From: Octopus vulgaris
Lineage: Eukaryota
Length of the DNA: 64,000 nucleotides
NCBI GenBank assembly: GCA_951406725.2
Contig: OX597822.1
Location: 27,032,001-27,096,000, forward strand
Reading direction: 5' to 3'
Part shown: positions 28,744-42,531 of the stretch, one piece after another
Layout of the letters: every line of letters begins with the position of its first letter
Position numbering within the stretch: the first letter of the stretch is position 1
Position numbers and translations under genes: made by a program
The notes under the pieces: model-generated
Told to the model about the DNA's origin: nothing
The model's database searches: none
What the model saw: the letters and a program-made list of their open reading frames with translations, nothing else

Positions 28744-29018
28744 TTTTTTCGTAATGAGATAAAAAAAAGCCAAGGCTGTGTAGATTTATGTTCTTCTATC
28801 TATCTATAAATGTTCCAAAATCTACATAGTCTTGGTTTTTTATCTCATTACGAAAGAAAATTTATATCTACACACGCTGACATATGACCTCCGTTGAACC
28901 CGTTATTCGCATAATCACCGAACCTGGAACTTAACTGCGGTCTATCTATAGCACTTATTTAGCATTACCTGATACCTTTGAGTCTCAATTACAATGACAC
29001 CATTACCTCTCATAATAT

Positions 29019-29078
<60 letters not shown>

Positions 29079-29124
29079 ATAGATAAAACACACACACACA
29101 CACATACATACATATATATATAAA

Positions 29125-29350
29125 CATAAAAAGAATATGCATTGAGAACTTTATTATGAACAAACGAAAGGAATATTTACACGTCTATCAAAATATGCGC
29201 CACCGGTTTCAATCATTTTTAAGAAATTTCATCAAGCTGTAAATCAGTGGTCTTGAAACGACTGAAACCGGTAGCACATTTTGATAGGAATGTAATATTT
29301 TTTCTTGTTTTCTATGATAAATTTCTCAAAGCTATCTGTTTTTTAATATG
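29125..29350. mobile_element. Old fold-back element with degenerate hammerhead motif
   Basis: Diverged inverted arms 29125-29224 / 29251-29350; GAAA-CCGG-TA on the + arm; TTGATGA...GAAA-CCGG-TG on the - arm. Confidence 0.6.
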
Positions 29351-29377
29351 AATTTACTTGTGTGAAACCTCTTAATC

Positions 29378-29465
<88 letters not shown>

Positions 29466-29727
29466 ACTGAATTTTCTTTAGTTGTGAAAATCCTCAGTTG
29501 TGTAGCTCATCTTTAGTTCAATAACTTGTTTTAGTCAACTGAGGTTAGAGCCATGCTACAGTACCGCCTTCAAATATGATAAGGTAAGATCTCTTACCAG
29601 TTACCTTTTAGATACTGAGTCTTCAGCAACTGTGGAATGAACTTCTTTTCTGTCTCTTCTAAATCTGTGTCACTCTTCCTCCAAACTGAAAGAAAAGAAA
29701 GATGAAAGTTAATTCTATTAATTTATT

Positions 29728-29789
<62 letters not shown>

Positions 29790-29848
29790 CATAATCATTA
29801 TTATTATCGTCATCATCATTATCATCATTATTATTATTATTATTATGA

Positions 29849-29985
29849 AGGTGGCAAGCTGGCAGAATCGTTAGCACGATGGACGAAATATGTAGCGTAT
29901 TTCGTCCGACCATCCGATCTAAGTTCAAATTCTGCTGAGGTCGACTTTGCCTTTCATCCTTTCGGGGTCGATAAATTAAGTACTA
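29849..29985 (+). mobile_element. SINE family N, truncated, after (ATT)n
   Basis: GGTGGCAAGCTGGCAGAATCGTTAG head plus central block. Confidence 0.8.
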
Positions 29986-30151
29986 TTTGATATATCATCG
30001 ATCCAATAGAACATTCAGTATGTACCAGCTTAAGGGAATGCCCTATACCAGTACTCAGCTGGTACACGTTTCACTTGAGTAGACAAAAGTAAAGTAAAAT
30101 GGAATGTCTGATGCAAAAATAGAAAATGTTACAAATCATAAGTTCAACAGC

Positions 30152-30198
<47 letters not shown>

Positions 30199-30500
30199 CT
30201 AGCAGAGATACCCGGTGTTTTTCGGGATAGTTTGTAAAATGTCATAGTTTGTATATAATATATTGCAGTTATGCTGAAACAGGTGATATGGGAAAGGGCA
30301 GCATTGACAAAACTTTTGTGGAGTAACTGCTGGGCTAATTCGACTAAGCAACATGCTATGCGTCCGTTTGGAGTATTTCAGGCCCTAAGTTGTCAAGGAA
30401 AATCGGAGGTGGGGGTTATGTGATTTTTGAACGCACCGAAAATCAGTCAGCGATGTGTCTAACCGGACCCATCATCTGAAATTTTAACACCTCCTTCGGG
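30199..30500 (-). mobile_element. Helitron-like 3' end; distal extent uncertain
   Basis: CTAG terminus with a CCCGG...TTCGGG hairpin 8 nt inside, same layout as 9210. Confidence 0.5.
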
Positions 30501-31301
30501 TTTGTTGTCCTACATCACGCATAAAGTAAATTTAGAGGAACTGTGTTTGTTCATTTCTGGGTAACAGGGAACCAATGAGGTGATAGACTTGCCCTTGAAC
30601 TTAGACGTCGGCGTAAGCGCAGGTACCCACGAAATAGCAAAGCATGTACTTTGTGTATTTGCGTTCGATATTGTTTATATTCTTCGAACTACTTCTAACT
30701 CATATTTGAATACACACACACACACATACACACGTATGTATGTCGCTGTATTAAGTCCGTTCTGTGGACTCCATGATTTGATGAATATGCCTGTGCGCGT
30801 ACATGTGTGCACAACTGAGTGTATGATGGCCTTCTGTTCAGTTTCCGTCAACCGAATTTTAACTCACAAGCTATTAGTCACCCAGAAACTAAAGATTGTT
30901 AGACGCATAAAACGATACAAAAATCCCGACGTAGAGGTCCTGTCCAAGAACAATATGTTTTCGAAGCTTTATACGATTTCGTTTCATTACTTCTCTAGTT
31001 TGAATTTAAGTTCCACGAGTGAAGACAACTCTGTTTGTTGAGTGTCGTTGATAAAATAAATTAACCCTGAAGTATTAATTTAATTGGCTATATCCTTTCT
31101 TTTAGCACTATGTTTGTAGAAAGGGTTTGGAGAGGATAATTATAAATTTATACAGCAAACTGCATATACAACTGAGTTATTTATGGCTTGTTTAATGCCA
31201 TGAAACCCCGAGATCAGAGATTAGCCTATGCCTCTACGTATCTGCCCATCTATCATCACCTCATCTATCTAGCCATATATGCATTGCAATTATACACACA
31301 T

Positions 31302-31347
<46 letters not shown>

Positions 31348-31420
31348 GCATATATTATATACATATACAAACTTACAGTCGTACACATGCATAATATATA
31401 CACATACATACATACATACA

Positions 31421-31454
<34 letters not shown>

Positions 31455-31964
31455 ATACACATATATACACATCGATTCTGATTATGTTATTATTAGGACT
31501 GTGTAATTAATCGAATTTGGTTGCACGGTAGGCGTTATTTAACGAGATTTTAATGTATTTTCAGTTAAGCACTGTATTACGGCTATGTTGTTACATTTAT
31601 ATGAATTCCATATTACAAGATTAACATATATTCCTGCGTGCAGCACTGTTTCACCCTCAAAGTGTAAACTATATTTCTATTTGATAACTACGATTATAGT
31701 TTGGACAACCATTTTCCTTGACCACAGTGAGATTCACAAGTTTTTTTCTACACCTGCTGACCCTTTCGTCATTTCCGGTATTGGTGGTAAATGCTGTGTA
31801 AAGAATATAACCTAAAACGGTTGGCTAGAATAAAACAGACATGTATTAATTGTTCTTTTAATCTTTAATCTTTTTACTTGTTTAAGTCATTAGGCTGCGG
31901 CCATGCAGGTGCACCGCCCTGAAGAGTGTAGTCGAACGATTCAACCCAACTATTTATTTTTTAA

Positions 31965-32267
31965 GTGAAGGCACATAGCCCAGTGGTCAGAGCAGCGGAC
32001 TCGCGGTCGAGGGATCACGGGTTCGAATCTCAGACCGGGCGATGTGTGTGTTTATGAGCGAAACACCTAAGCCCCACGCGGCTCCGGCAGAAGATAATGG
32101 CGAACTTCTGCTGACTCTTTCGCCACAACTTTCTCTCACTCTTTCCTCCTGCATTTTTCAGCTAACTTGCGACGGACCGGCGTCCCGTCCAGGTGGGGAA
32201 CCTATACGTCAAGGAAACCGGGAAACCGGCCCTATGAGTCAGGCGTGGCTCGAGAAGAAACAAACAA
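31965..32267 (+). mobile_element. tRNA-derived SINE related to family A, nested in a family C SINE (31855-32545, minus)
   Basis: A/B boxes (TAGCCCAGTGGTCAG; GGTTCGAATCTC); flanking TTATTTTTTAA duplication. Confidence 0.85.
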
Positions 32268-32296
32268 CTTATTTTTTAAACATGGCACTTAGTTTG

Positions 32297-32330
<34 letters not shown>

Positions 32331-32340
32331 CTTACATATG

Positions 32341-32383
<43 letters not shown>

Positions 32384-32565
32384 GCGATAGTCTTGCTTCA
32401 GTTTCCATCTACCAAACCCATTCTTAAGGTATTAGTCGACCCAGGACGATAGTACAAGACTCTTGCCCAAGATACTCTGCTGTGGCACCGAACACGGAAC
32501 CTTGCGGTTGGGAAGTAAACTTCTAACCACACAGCCATGTCTGCACTTTTATATATATATATATT

Positions 32566-32945
32566 TCGGTGGAATCGTATCGTCAACATGCCGGGCAAAA
32601 TGCTTAGCGGTATTTCGTCTGTCGCTACGTTCTGAGTTCAAATTCCGCCGAGGTCGATTTTGCTTTTCATCCTTTCAGGGTCGATTAAATAAGTACCAGT
32701 TACGCACTGGGGTCGATATAATCGACTTAATCCGTTTGTCTGTCCTTGTTTGTCCCCTCTGTGTTTAGCCCTTTGTGGGTAGGTAAAGAAATAGGTATTT
32801 CATCTTTGAATTCTGAGTTCAAATTCCAAGGTCGATTTTCCTCCTTTCAGGGCCGATAAAATAAGTAGCATTTGGGCACTGGGGTCCATGTAATCAACCC
32901 AAAACCTTAAACCTGCTGGCCTTGTGCCAAAATTCGAAATTAATA
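32566..32945 (+). mobile_element. SINE family N, dimeric body
   Basis: Two central blocks joined at AAGAAATAGGTATTT. Confidence 0.8.
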
Positions 32946-33037
32946 TTAGTGACACCGGTAATCCTGGTCATTTATATGGTATAGTAGTAGACGTAGCAGC
33001 AGCAGCAGTAGTAGTAGTAGTAGTATTAGTAGTAGTT

Positions 33038-33071
<34 letters not shown>

Positions 33072-33281
33072 TAGTAGTGGCGGTGGTGGCAGTGGTGATG
33101 CTGGTGAGGATGGTGGCGGCGGCGGCGGCAGCGGAAGTGATGGTGGATTAACTTCATATCTGCATCAGTTTTCATTGGGACACCCTTTTCAGACGTGTCT
33201 TTTGATAATGAACTGTTACCGAGTCGTTTCCTCTCTTGAAGCCGATGGTATCTTTTGAACTCACTGCTTTAAACAGTTTAA

Positions 33282-33506
33282 CTCTCTCGTTACCAACCCG
33301 TCTGAGACCGCCCCCTGGTTCTATGATGTAAACATTTTGTTCTGAAGTGAACTCAATTAAAACCTTCCGCCAAAATATGACGTTAATCTATGCTCTCAGT
33401 TTTATAATGGCAGAGATATTTTAATATATTTTTCTTTACTCGTATTTTAAAAATTAATTGAAACAAAGATGATGTATTCCAGTAGAAATAGTGTTACGGA
33501 AGAGTT
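33282..33506. mobile_element. TTAA-flanked MITE, piggyBac-like, diverged
   Basis: TTAA at both ends; imperfect TIR CTCTCTCGTTAC / GTTACGGAAGAG. Confidence 0.5.
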
Positions 33507-33878
33507 TTAACACTTATCAATAATATGTTGCTTGCACGGCTTCTCTTCTTTCAGTAGTACATATTTACAGTTGGGTGGACACCATTAGAGTCAGAGCAGA
33601 GTGCTAATGATGTAATGTGGCAGTTACTAATGCGTTTTCCTTCACAGCAACAACCTGCATAGCTAGGACTTTCCCATTGGGAATTAAACTGGATATTACA
33701 GAAAGAAGAAGCGCCAACAGGTTAAGAAGTTCGCTTCGCCAAAACGAAATCTCGGGTTCGATCCCACAGTCTGACATAAACGAGTGTTGTTTATTGTTGT
33801 TTTTTTTCCATAGTTCGAGTCGGCTCAAGCCTCGTGAGGGAAACTTGACAAATAGAAGCCGTATAAAAGCCCTTTGGG

Positions 33879-34210
33879 TAGGCGCATGGCTCAGTGGTTA
33901 GAGCATCGAGCCTACAATCATGAGTTTGTGAGTTCGAATCCCGGACCGAGCTGCGTGTTGTGTTCTTGAGCAAGATACTTTATTTCACATTGCTCCAGTT
34001 CACTCAGCTGTAGAAATGAGTTACGACGTCATAGGTACCAAGCTGTATCGGCCCTTGCCTTTCCCTTGGATAACACTAGGGTCGTGGAGAGGGGAAGCCG
34101 GTATGCATGGACGACTTCTGGTCTTCCATAAACAACCTTGACCGGAGTTGTGCCTGAGAGGATAATTTTCTAGGTGCAATCCCATGGTCTGTGTCGTGAC
34201 CGAAGGAGTC
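33879..34210 (+). mobile_element. tRNA-derived SINE
   Basis: GGCGCATGGCTCAGTGGTTAGAGC (A box), GAGTTCGAATCCC (B box); 3' part recurs inverted at 57460-57602. Confidence 0.85.
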
Positions 34211-34307
34211 TCAGATCCGTAATTCAATGGTCCAGCTAGCTTTGCCACGTATTGAATTACACTATTTCTCCACTGAGAATTAACATCAAGGGTATATGTG
34301 TCTGTGG

Positions 34308-34533
34308 CAAGCTGGCAGAAACGTTAGCACGCCGGGTGAAATGCGTAGCCGTGTTTCGTCTGCCGTTACGTACTGAGTGCAACTTTCGCCGAGGTCGACT
34401 TTGCCTTTCATCCTTTCGGGGTCGATAAATTAAGTACCAGTTACGCATTGGGATCGATGTAATCGACGTAATCCGTTTGTCTGTCCTTGTTTGTCCTCTC
34501 TGTGTTTAGCCCCTTGTGAGTAGTAAAGAAATA
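34308..34533 (+). mobile_element. SINE family N, monomer
   Basis: 17-bp TSD GGTATATG(T/C)GTC(T/C)GTGG at 34291-34307 and 34534-34550. Confidence 0.9.
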
Positions 34534-35400
34534 GGTATATGCGTCCGTGGAACACCTGCGTGTTTGTTTAACGAGCAGGCAGCTCACTTGATCAAACAAC
34601 TGAATACTCATCGTCGAGAGCGTCGTAGAACCATTAGTTTTGACGGACCAGCACTCAGAGCAAAGGCTTTTTATTGAAGTGGTAGTAATAATGATCGAAT
34701 TTTATCGCGGTTAACTGCAACATCACCACAATGATTGTATTGATAGGAGTGTGAATTGATTTGTTATTCATTTAACGGAAATCAGGGAATAATCTCGGTT
34801 TAGGAAAAATAAAATATAAAAAGGAAAGGAAAAATATTACAGATAGCAGCAAGGCTCTTATATTATAGAAAGCGAAGGTGCAATCTATGGCTCCGCAGCC
34901 ATTGGTGTCTTAATTGCCAAGGTTCTGATAGATAAGAAAGTTCTTCACGTAAATAACAGATAGAAGATCGATCATGCATGATAAATGAATACAACATTTT
35001 AGATGCTATCATAAATCGACCCAAAGATCATGGCGATTGTTAAATAACCTGCTGGCACTTTGGAAGATCAGGTTGTAAATATGTTGTTACTGAAGAGAGA
35101 GAGGGGGGGCAGGAGAGAGTGTCTGTCTTTGTGCATGAAAGAGAGGGGGAGATGGAGAGGGAGAGAGACAGTGAACTTATGATTCTTTGTGTGTATGATA
35201 AAGATAGATAGACAGAGAGATAGATAGATAGATAGAAAGAGAGAGAGAGAAAGAGAAAAAGAGGGATGCTAATATTGGAAACGAAACAGAATTGAGCTCA
35301 GAGAAGACACCCAGAAAAAGAGAAGGTGAGCTAACTTGCTACCTAGATACAATAATACTAATACAGACGAATATACACTCACACATGTACACACACACAT

Positions 35401-35468
<68 letters not shown>

Positions 35469-35749
35469 ATAAATCAGGTAAATACTGATGTACTGAATGA
35501 CATTCGAAAACCAATTTTTAATGGAGTGATATTTACTACTAAATGGGAGAAAGAAAATAAAAACCCAACAACTATTTTTGGGAGCAACAATGTAGGGGCA
35601 AGGCAAAATAATTCTAACAAACGAACTCATTAGAAAAAAGTCCAATTTAATCCCTTTATATATATATATATATTTCCAACCAGTCGCTATGATTGACCGT
35701 TAAATCCACAATTTTTAAAAAATTATCTCTGTTTATTTCTTCGTGTTCC

Positions 35750-35783
35750 TTTCTGTTGAAGAGCGTAGGCTAGAAAGGTACAA
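35750..35783 (+). ncRNA. Degenerate minimal hammerhead-like motif (family 3, CUGUUGA)
   Basis: TTT-CTGTTGA-A-GAGC gtag GCTA-GAAA-GG-TA-CAA; homologous to 41629 and 58272. Confidence 0.45.
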
Positions 35784-37594
35784 GACTTTCTCACCTTCCC
35801 GAGCGTCAAACTAATACACCTGTTTGTTGTTTGTACACCTGTCTTTGTCTTTTGTTTTTCTGTAAATTTCAACATACATACATACATACATACATATAAA
35901 CAAACAAACAAACAAACAAACAATTACCACAAAATCTATCCGAGGGTGTGATAATCGATTCCGCAAATCTGTTGCCTCATATTAACATCATATAACAGGA
36001 AGAGGAACTACTCTAGAAATATGTGTTGGCTTCATATTGTGAGTATTCATATTATAGCTAGAGTGATCCTGACCACGTGACCTTAGAATAAATCGAGAGG
36101 CTTCTATGTCAACTTAGAAGACTTCGCAATAGTCGCAATTCCGCCAGCTTTCAGATATGGAACTGCCAAACAATGACGTAAACCCTAAAAATCCTTTTGG
36201 AAATATGCTTTAACCATTAAGACTGAAATAGTAAATTAATATGGCTTTGTAAAATTAGAAATGCGATATCTTCCTTAGAACAGATGCAGGGCTCACAATA
36301 AGGTTATTTCAGACTTTCAAGGTCCTGGAAAGGATCCCACATCACTGCTCTAAGAGGTCGCTCGGTCTTCTAGAAATAACAGTTAAATTTTTGCTTCAAA
36401 CCACACAAAGAGTGTTAAACAGTAGAGGACACATTGGTTAATGTAAGCACTAAAAGATAATATCTGAAACATTAGATGGTGTAGTCACGACTGGAACGAC
36501 GTTGATTATAAGGCAGATAGATCAGGGTAGACGAGAGACTAAACAACAACGATGACGACGATGTTGAGGCAGACGACAACGTTGATGACGACGATGTTGA
36601 TACAGACGACAGCGTTGATGATGACGACGAGGATGATGATGTTGACGATGACAGCGATGTCGACGATTACGATGAAAGCAAATACAACGACTTATTTTAG
36701 CGTGCTAATTATTTTACAGTGCTGCTTTATTTTACCGTTCTTTGCAAACCTGATAGTTAACGGGTCATAAAGAATAACAACACCAGTCTTGTTTAAACCG
36801 TTATAAAAAAAACAACCCACAAGTACATATTTACTATTGAAGAACAGGCTTGCCCAAGATGCAGAGTAATGAGATCGAATCCACGACCATGTGGACGCAA
36901 AGCAAACTTCATAACCATATGACTATGACTGTTTCCATTTACATAATATACAAGCACTTCATAACAAATCATTTCTAACTGAATATTATATTTTTTCTCT
37001 GCATATTCAATAAAAATTGTGAAATTTTATAGCTGAGGTTTAAAAATAGAGAAACTGAAATCCAAATCTATCAAATTGTTACATTCTTTGGATGATTTCA
37101 AAGATAATTGAATGAATTTCGGTACCGATCTCAACAACAGGTAGACGAATTCAACCACTTTAGATGGTGACAGTAAATCAATTAGAAATGTACTAACCCT
37201 TGAATCCTTAACGAGATTTTGGTAAACAGTTCTGATGTGAGTGCACTAAATCTATTTACGCGTGCTGTCTATGATAATAGATTTAGTGCAATAACGTGAA
37301 TTTCCTTGGAAGTTGTAATTTATTTCGGTGCCATGCTTATTAACTTAGCTACAGATTATTCTATCTAATAGAACAATAACGACAAACTTATAAGAAGTCG
37401 AAATAGCGATGGAAAGTAACCTATTGAATTATGTGGCAAGACATAAATATTAAAGCAAGGTAGCATGCATGACACCAGAAATGAATGGACTATATTATTC
37501 CTTAAAGCCTAACTTTAACCAACATGATGGGAAACTTGATTCCTACACTTTCATTTTCCCACTAGAGAGTTGTAGGAAAGTCACAATAATAATT

Positions 37595-38000
37595 TCTTTT
37601 ATCTTCTTTCACCTGTTTCAGACATTGAGTTGCCGCCCATGCTGGGGCATCTCTTTGAGCAGTTTTAGTCGAGCAAATCGACCGTGACTTATCTTCCTTT
37701 ATAAGTGTGGTATTTATACTCTCCGTCTCTTTTGCCGTACTTGCTACGTTACAAGGACGTAAACAAACGAACACCGGTTGTCAAACGGCGGAAGGAGCAA
37801 GTACAAATACAATCACACGCACACACACACACACATACGATGAGGTTCCACGTAGTTTCTATCTACCAAATTCCACCGCCACTAATCATTGATCGGTATG
37901 GGGCTGTAGCAGAAGGCACTTGATCAAGGTGCCCTTCAGAGGGACCGAATCTCAATCCATGCGGTTCCAAAGCGAGCTTTTTAACTACACAGCCACCCCA
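37595..38000 (-). mobile_element. SINE family C
   Basis: Colinear with 47155-47497 and 11785-12200. Confidence 0.75.
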
Positions 38001-38089
38001 GTTAAGAAAAAAACGTAGAAATGAGTTCGGTTTTGGAGAAAAATAAGTATAAATTTTGTTTTTTGTTTGCTGGATCTGAGGAAGGAGAA

Positions 38090-38720
38090 ACACTCATAAT
38101 GAACGTGAGCCTTGCCAGTACGTGGGCCCTGCCAGAGCGTGGGCCCTGCCAGTACGTGGGCCCTGCCAGAGTTGTGAAAGCGAAGTCATCAATGTTCCTC
38201 TTGAACTTTTGTAATAAGTCAACGTCTGTAGGGAAGATATGAGAACGGTGGATAATTCCAGAGGTTTGACGTAGTAGGAAGGAATGAGTTAGTGGAATGA
38301 GTTAGAAGGAATGATCAGTGCGGGATTTGGAAGGTGTATACAGCGAGGATACTTAGATGAGAAGAGGCGATTTGGAAGGGAATTCCTGAATGGAAATAAT
38401 ATGAGCACAGTAACTCTGAGGGGCAGAGTAGTTCCTTTGTAGTTCGGGTAGAAAAGACGGAGAGTGGAGAAGGCGCTCTATGTAGGCTAGAGACCGGAGC
38501 ATGTCTGTTGTGCGAATTTATACCAATAAGAAGAAGGATCCTTTTCTGGATGAATCTAGGATGTTTGTGTGTGCAGAAGCAACAGTATCATCCCTGATAT
38601 GAAGGGAATTCGCCAAGGTGGGCCTGACTTAAGCGTTGTAGAGGACCGATAATAATTGAGGATGAAGAAAAAAATGCCAGCCTTTAGTATGTGGTTAAGG
38701 ACGTGCCATTGACCACTCTT
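38090..38720 (-). mobile_element. CR1/Jockey-group LINE 3' fragment
   Basis: Minus strand reads approximately SFL.TTSNLWN...LQKFKRNI across frameshifts, the typical C-terminal SF.PR...LWN.LP motif. 17-bp tandem repeat at 38108-38170. Confidence 0.55.
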
Positions 38721-38769
38721 AAATTATTTCTCTTAGCTCATTTTATTTAATTTCTCTCACTCTCTCTCT

Positions 38770-38866
<97 letters not shown>

Positions 38867-38868
<2 letters not shown>

Positions 38869-39150
38869 AGGCGCAATGGCCTAGTGGTTAGGGCAGCGGA
38901 CTCGCGGTCGTAGGATCGCGGTTTCGATTCCCAGACCGGGCGTTGTGAGTGTTTATTGAGCTAAAACACCTAAAAGCTCCACGAGGCTCCGGCAGTGGGT
39001 GGTGATCCCTGCTGTACTCTTTCACCACTCTTTCTTCTGTTGGCCTGCTCGCTTAGCCAGCGGGGTGGCGTCATTCGAAGGCTAAAACAATGCGAACGCA
39101 TTGTGACTAGCGATGTGTAACTACATCTGATGGACTGGTCGGTCACGTGA
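38867..39150 (+). mobile_element. tRNA-derived SINE (family A), full length
   Basis: A/B boxes; matches 936-1110; ends GGTCACGTGA then (TA)n. Confidence 0.9.
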
Positions 39151-39213
39151 TATATATAAATTAAATAAAATGCGCAAATAGAAATAATTTAAGATTGGCC
39201 AGTTGTACGTCCT

Positions 39214-39252
<39 letters not shown>

Positions 39253-40640
39253 ATGCATATATGTATGTATAGATAGATACATAGATAGGTAGACAACTGG
39301 ATGTGTATGTCTATATGGAAATATATATATATATATATATATCTGTATGTGTATATATACATGCATATATGTGTGTGTGTATGCGTACTTATATATGTTT
39401 GTGTGTGTGTGTGTGTACATCTTATAGTTTTCTTTGAATGCTTAAGATTGCCATTAAATCATAGGTATATTTATAAGCAGGGGCGAGTATAAAATTTGAA
39501 ATAGATTCTATGTTATAAAAATATAACAGAACAACACAATATAAACAATACCATATTATATTAAATAATGTCAGATATAAATGTACAATTTCGATAATAA
39601 AAGTTCAAAAGTTCAAAGTCGAATACTTAAAGTGGAAGCTTATTACGAGACTAGGAAGGGGCCTGGCAACATTACAGCACGCTAGCTTGATACTTAAGAT
39701 AATGTCATTCCTAATTCTAGCCGATAAAATAATATAATTAATAGGTGCAACTTAAAAATCAAACAAAAACAGCTTAGATATCTTTCTCATGTTGTTGAGT
39801 TCGTGAGCTAACCAAAGCAACCTAGAAATCATGCAAAGCAATTACTGCTCTGGATAAATGCAATCTGCATTATAACTATTACAGAGAGTGCAATATTGAT
39901 TAAAATATGTAGAGAGAGAAGCATGCCAAAACATGAACACACACATAAAATGATATAGAACTGTACTATAACAAAGTCCAAAACTGATAAACTTAATAAC
40001 CCATGTTTTTTCATACATTGACAGAAAGGAAAGTTCAAACGTCTCAAAAGAGATTGTTACGCTGTCAAAAGCAATCCTCTCTTAACATTAGGTTTATAAC
40101 ATTTTATGGTTTTATTTCTCTATCCTCTTTGATATAATCTCTTATATCTAAAACAAAAATAACAAAAAAAAATCCTATAAATCTATTAATCTAAAAAATA
40201 GCATTTACTGAAACTTGAACCCGTCATACTAGAAGAGTTAAATTTTTTTATTATTTTAACGTTTGTTATCTTAGTAAGATTAGCAACCAGTAAATAGCCC
40301 GGATTGTCTTTGATTTTATTCATATCTCCTATGATAATTGTACTCGTTTTCCATGGCAATAAAACTGATTGGAATTTAAAATGTTTTTTTTTTAACTGCC
40401 TGCTTAACTTCCATCACTGCTAACACGAACAAAGCAAATCTGTGGAGAAAGCGTAATCATAAATTGTTTGTCTTCTTTATTGACGGTCTGTGCCGTAGTA
40501 GATACTGGAATTCGCTTGAACGGCTGGGAGTGCTAAGCAGTAACGTGTATAATTGCAATGTTATTACCAGTTCAAATAATCTTGTGGTACGTTCGAACCC
40601 GTAAACAAGCCATTCACAGTGCTTTGTCATGGAGAAAATT

Positions 40641-41071
40641 GGATCTCTTCGGTTTGAACGGCAGTTTTTAACATAATTTCTAGGTAACTAAAAAATTTTA
40701 AACTTCAAATACTGGTAGAATGTGTTTATAAAACATCTTTTTCTCTTGGCTTTATTGAGAAAATTCTATACTTTGTAAGATATTTGTTGATTTTTCTTCA
40801 ATTTTTGCAATTTCAACCAATCAATGACGTCTATTGAAGTAAAAAAACATTCTGTGCCGTATGAATATGTCCCTCGTTTAAGAAACAGATTAGGTTTATT
40901 TACATTTGTGAAGAAAAAAGATACCCTTCCCCCCACCCCTAACCCTAACCCTAACTAATCCTAACTCTAAAACAGATTGAAATGCAATAGATCAATACTA
41001 GGGTCATAATTATGGGTGACAATTTCATATGACATCATTAGAAAAAACTGCCGTTCAAACCGAAAAGATCC
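40641..41071. mobile_element. MITE with GG-initiated TIRs and 8-bp TSD (Merlin-like)
   Basis: TIR GGATCT(C/T)TTCGGTTTGAACGGCAGTTTTT; TSD AGAAAATT at 40633-40640 and 41072-41079; internal (CCCTAA)n. Confidence 0.92.
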
Positions 41072-41628
41072 AGAAAATTTCTCGCTGTCGACAAATTACG
41101 GATTCAGACGTGCCACGAGCATATTTGCGTTGATAATAACGTTGCGGTTGTAGTAGTATATCAGCTTTTCTATGAAATGTTGCTAGCCCCTCGTTCAGCC
41201 CTTCTCCATTTGTGGAGAAAGGGTTGTTGCTAGTCATCTCCCACAACTATTCCTATCACAATACAACGGAGCTGACTGAGAGAGGGTGTGGGGGAGAAAG
41301 CGAGAGAATGGGGAGAGAGAGAGAGAGAGAAGAATCGACTCTAGTATTTGGCTTATTTCATTTATCAACACCGGAATGATGAAAGTCAAAGGTGACTTCG
41401 GCTGAATTTGAAGTGAAAGCGCTGAGAACCAGAAGAAATACCGAAAGGTATTCATCCGTCGCTCTGTTGCAGTATTGCTCAAAGTGAAGTGAGGCAATAT
41501 TTTGGTTGGGTTTGTGGTCACTTCAGATTGGTAAGGAGTGTTTAAAATTTTGCAATAAAATTTTAATTAAAGTAACTTTTAGCCACTAAACCTTTTTTCT
41601 ATTTTCTCTCCCTGTTTATTTGTGTTCC

Positions 41629-41662
41629 TTTCTGTCGAAGAGCGTAGGCTCGAAACGTAAAA
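41629..41662 (+). ncRNA. Minimal hammerhead-like motif (family 3, CUGUCGA)
   Basis: TTT-CTGTCGA-A-GAGC gtag GCTC-GAAA-CG-TA-AAA, within repeat 41500-41755 that ends at (TA)n. Confidence 0.6.
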
Positions 41663-41932
41663 TACTTTCTCACTTCCCGAGCGTTTAACTAATACATCTA
41701 TTTGTTGTTTGCACACCCGTCTCTGTATTTTGTTTTCTGGTAAATTCTCACTAATATATATATATATGTATGTATAAATATATATGTATGTATATTATAT
41801 ATACTTCGACAAAAGTAAAAAAAATCCGTAACCTTTCGTCTCAAACCACTAATGTTCCTGAAAGTTATTCTTTTATATTCACTACGGATTGCTCGAAACT
41901 AACTTTCTTCCTACACCTCGATCCTTGGATCT

Positions 41933-41969
<37 letters not shown>

Positions 41970-41994
41970 ATAAAACGGTAAGATAACAAAAGAA

Positions 41995-42034
<40 letters not shown>

Positions 42035-42038
<4 letters not shown>

Positions 42039-42385
42039 ATATTTCTCTCAGCGTTCACTATTTCCCCCTCGTTCTGGTCTAACGACCCTCTATATTTTTT
42101 TCGTTCGGTTTTCCTGTATATCTCCACTGTCCTGTTTTTGTTCCTATCGTTGACCCTCTGTGAATCCAAAATTTTATTTTGGTATTTATAGAAGCAACTG
42201 TCTTCTAAGACTCATATTGTCGTTGATCGCCCGAAACGGGGAGTAGATAGACAGCCGACAACTGATGAAAGGTCGTTCTTTGTATTCGTTGTCTTGTTTT
42301 GCATTTCTCTCTCTCGTTATTTGCATATTCAACTCATTTGTTTTCGTATTGCATGTTGTTGACTGTTGGTAACGTCTTATAACCA
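42035..42385 (+). mobile_element. Putative Penelope-like pLTR fragment (family 1) between (TA)n tracts
   Basis: Homologous to 1-95 (rc) and 57900-58105. Confidence 0.55.
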
Positions 42386-42393
42386 TATATATG

Positions 42394-42441
<48 letters not shown>

Positions 42442-42452
42442 GTGTGTGTATG

Positions 42453-42483
<31 letters not shown>

Positions 42484-42494
42484 GTGTGTGTGTG

Positions 42495-42531
<37 letters not shown>

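Noticed and set aside
40935-40970. Telomere or chromosome-fusion relic
   Set aside because: The tract is internal to a TSD-flanked MITE present twice in the window.
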